From IMG/VR virus record IMGVR_UViG_2690316166_000009: a stretch of 10,715 nucleotides of DNA. One strand, written 5' to 3'. The position numbers and the translations under genes were made by a program. This document shows positions 8,919 through 10,715 of the stretch, piece by piece (positions within the stretch are counted from its first letter, which is position 1; each line of letters begins with the position of its first letter). This DNA is from a virus (taxonomy: Duplodnaviria; Heunggongvirae; Uroviricota; Caudoviricetes). The notes beneath the pieces were generated by a model. It had not been told where the DNA came from and ran no database searches. It saw only the letters and a list, made by a program, of their open reading frames with translations.

Positions 8919-9522
8919 TGAAGTGTTCAGCCGCCTGATTGCCCCGGTAACGCGCGGTATTCGCCTGTTGTTTGGCCGGGGCGTTCTGACCGGCACACAT
9001 GACGAACTGAAAATGCAGAATGTGCAGCTCACCGGCATGGACGGCGAAACCTTTGATGATGTGGAGCGTCCCCAGCAGTACGGGCAGATCAGCGTTCCCC
9101 TGCCGGGTGCGGAAACCTTTTTTGCCTGTCTGGGCGGACAGCGGGATCAGACTGTGGTGCTTGTGGTGGAAGACCGGCGCAGCCGCCCGACCGGACTCAC
9201 AGCCGGAGATACGGGGGTGTATCACCATGAGGGGCACCGGATACGGTTAACAAAGGATGGCCGCATTATTGTGACATGCAAAATGCTGGAGATTTACGCC
9301 GACGAGGGGATGCGGGTGGATACGCCGGAAGCCACCTTTACGGGCAATGTGACGGTGGATAAGAACCTGCATGTTAAGGGTAATTTCGCGCTTGAGGGTA
9401 CGGGGAAATCTCAGGGACTGTTCACAATGTCGGATGCCGTTATTGCAGGGATACGGTATTCCGGCCATGTGCATCATGATAACGGCGAAGGCAGTAAGAC
9501 AGGAGTGCCGGAGAATGGCTGA
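8911..9522 (+). CDS. baseplate spike / assembly protein (Mu gp45-like, P2 gpV-like)
   Basis: Complete ~203-aa ORF (MNDEVFSRLIAPVTRGIRLLFGRGVLTGTHDELKMQNVQLTG…TFTGNVTVDKNLHVKGNF…). ATG 8911 overlaps the upstream stop (ATGAATGATGA). Size and beta-rich, repetitive C-terminus fit the gp45/gpV spike family as I recall it. Confidence 0.8.
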   Translation: MNDEVFSRLIAPVTRGIRLLFGRGVLTGTHDELKMQNVQLTGMDGETFDDVERPQQYGQISVPLPGAETFFACLGGQRDQTVVLVVEDRRSRPTGLTAGDTGVYHHEGHRIRLTKDGRIIVTCKMLEIYADEGMRVDTPEATFTGNVTVDKNLHVKGNFALEGTGKSQGLFTMSDAVIAGIRYSGHVHHDNGEGSKTGVPENG

Positions 9523-9952
9523 TATTGCAATTGTGTGGGATCAGGGATGCGGTTCGCTGCAACTGAACGGTGCCGACCTGCTGACGGATGACAGTCTGCT
9601 GACGGCCGTTCTGATTTCGCTGTTTACTGACCGCCGGGCGCTGGCATCGGATGAAATCCCTGACGGTACGCGCGACCGCCGGGGATGGTGGGGAGACAGT
9701 TTTCGCCCGCGCCCCATTGGCTCCCGTCTGTGGCTTCTCAGCCGGGAAAAAACGCTGGCCTCGGTGATAAGCCGTGCCCGTGCTTACGCGGATGAGGCGC
9801 TGGGCTGGCTCAGTCAGGATGGCGTGGCGTCATCCGTGGTCTGTCATGCAGAACGTGTGGGACACGCGCGGCTGGCGCTTTCGGTGCGCATAACCCTGCC
9901 TGATGGTTCAGTGAGGCCCATGATTTTTTATGCTGATCTTAAGGGGGAGTAA
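9515..9952 (+). CDS. Mu gp46-like baseplate protein (GP46 family; functionally analogous to P2 gpW / T4 gp25)
   Basis: 145-aa ORF MADIAIVWDQGCGSLQLNGADLLTDDSLLTAVLISLFTDRRA… with AGGAG at 9501-9505, 9 nt upstream of ATG 9515. It overlaps the gp45-like stop (ATGGCTGA) and ends at TAA 9950-9952. Confidence 0.75.
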   Translation: MADIAIVWDQGCGSLQLNGADLLTDDSLLTAVLISLFTDRRALASDEIPDGTRDRRGWWGDSFRPRPIGSRLWLLSREKTLASVISRARAYADEALGWLSQDGVASSVVCHAERVGHARLALSVRITLPDGSVRPMIFYADLKGE

Positions 9953-10715
9953 TGCCTTATCAGCCTTTACCGCTGGCACAGTTAATCACGCAGACACAGC
10001 AGGATATCAGCCAGCGCCTGCCCGGCTCGCAGCCGGGTGTGAATGAAACCACCCTGAATGCCATTGCTTACGCTCAGGCAGGGTTATCTGCTCAGGAGCA
10101 TGAGCATCTGGCCTGGATTGCGCGTCAGATCATCCCGACCGAAGCCGATGAAGCCGAACTGCTGAAACACTGTGCATTCTGGGGCGTCATGCGTAAGCCT
10201 GCCTCTCGGGGGGACGGGCCGGTTCAGCTGATGCTGACCACGGATGCGGGGATCAAGGAAGGTGTGCTTCTCCAGCGAAGTGATGGCGTGGTTTACCGTA
10301 TCACCACCTCCCTGACCGGTAAGGCCGGTACGCTGAATGTCAGTGTGGAAGCCGAAAGTGCCGGTCGTGCGGGGAATGCCCCGGCAGGGACAAAACTGAC
10401 ATTTATCACACCGCAGGCGGGGATCAACCAGACGGCCACGGTGACCGGAACGGGGATCACCGGTGGTGCGGATGTGGAAACCGTGCCGGAGCTGCTTTCC
10501 CGTCTGGTTTTCCGGGTGCAGAATCCACCGTCCGGCGGCACGCAGTATGATTTTGAACGCTGGGCGCGTGAAGTGCCGGGCGTGACGCGGGCATGGTGCC
10601 GCCCGGAATGGCCGCAGGCGGGCAGCGTGGGGGTAACGTTTGTTCAGGATAATAACCCGGATATTTTCCCCGGTGACGGTGATGTTCAGCGGGTGGCGGA
10701 TTATATCCGCAGTCA
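9952..10715 (+). CDS. baseplate J-like protein (Mu gp47-like), 5' partial; continues past the window end
   Basis: ATG 9952 overlaps the gp46-like stop (TAATG). I translated it by hand: MPYQPLPLAQLITQTQQDISQRLPGSQPGVNETTLNAIAYAQAGL…; the frame stays open to nt 10715. This ORF is missing from the supplied track because it has no stop inside the window. Position after gp46 and its composition fit the baseplate J family. Confidence 0.75.
   Translation, partial: MPYQPLPLAQLITQTQQDISQRLPGSQPGVNETTLNAIAYAQAGLSAQEHEHLAWIARQIIPTEADEAELLKHCAFWGVMRKPASRGDGPVQLMLTTDAGIKEGVLLQRSDGVVYRITTSLTGKAGTLNVSVEAESAGRAGNAPAGTKLTFITPQAGINQTATVTGTGITGGADVETVPELLSRLVFRVQNPPSGGTQYDFERWAREVPGVTRAWCRPEWPQAGSVGVTFVQDNNPDIFPGDGDVQRVADYIRS

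Larger units (their letters stand above)
1..10715 (+). mobile_element. Mu-like myovirus prophage, late head-tail joining / contractile tail / baseplate gene block (partial; extends past both window ends)
   Basis: Uninterrupted same-strand run of phage structural genes in the canonical Mu order (sheath, tube, chaperone, tape measure, DNA-circulation N-like, gpD-like hub, gp45-like, gp46-like, J-like). Stop and start codons overlap at most junctions and there are no intergenic gaps. Assignment is by synteny and sequence character, not by search. Confidence 0.75.

Noticed and set aside
8229-9477. Minus-strand and alternate-frame ORFs across the P-like/gp45-like/gp46-like genes (8229..8549-, 8293..8685+, 8751..9038-, 8902..9237-, 9020..9250+, 9247..9477-)
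   Set aside because: All overlap well-supported + strand structural genes and show Cys/His/Arg-rich junk composition.
10293-10541. 82-aa minus-strand ORF inside the J-like gene
   Set aside because: Antisense to the baseplate J-like coding frame, Pro/Val/Ser-rich. Spurious.
1-10715. Looked for CRISPR repeats, tRNA/rRNA-like sequence, rho-independent terminators, attachment-site-like direct repeats and an integrase or transposase
   Set aside because: No regularly spaced direct repeats, no hairpin followed by a T-run in the near-absent intergenic space, and no recombinase-like ORF in the visible sequence. This is the middle of the prophage, so its ends are not expected here. Note that Mu-type elements use a DDE transposase near the left end, which is outside this window.
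1-10715. Possibility that this is a tailocin (R-type pyocin-like) or extracellular contractile injection system rather than a phage
   Set aside because: The tail genes are preceded by head-tail joining-type genes and include a DNA-circulation (Mu N-like) gene, which fits a Mu-type phage. Contractile injection systems and R-pyocins have different gene content and order. This cannot be fully excluded without the flanking capsid region.

Overview
The window reads as one co-directional (+ strand), tightly packed late operon of a Mu-like contractile-tailed prophage, in a roughly mid-50s % GC, enterobacterial-looking background. In order: partial virion or head-tail joining genes (Mu gp36/gp37/gp38 positions), tail sheath, tail tube (almost entirely masked), tail assembly chaperone, tape measure protein, DNA-circulation (Mu N-like) protein, gpD-like baseplate hub (Mu P-like), gp45-like spike, gp46-like baseplate protein, and the 5' part of a baseplate J-like (gp47-like) gene that runs off the 3' end. 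Eight hard-masked N blocks (149-427, 479-689, 1358-1422, 2980-3581, 3726-3999, 4046-4157, 5462-6410, 7563-8096; about 3.0 kb, 28% of the window) hide several gene boundaries, so a number of starts and ends are estimates. All family assignments come from reading the provided translations, gene order and sizes against my recollection of Mu/P2-type tail modules; no database search or HMM was run. I see no rRNA, tRNA, CRISPR array, terminator or intergenic cargo in the visible sequence, and the visible gene sizes leave little room for an inserted gene inside the masks. My honest reading is an ordinary Mu-like tail morphogenesis region with no supportable novel system; the findings below are junction-level oddities that unmasking or a homology search would settle.
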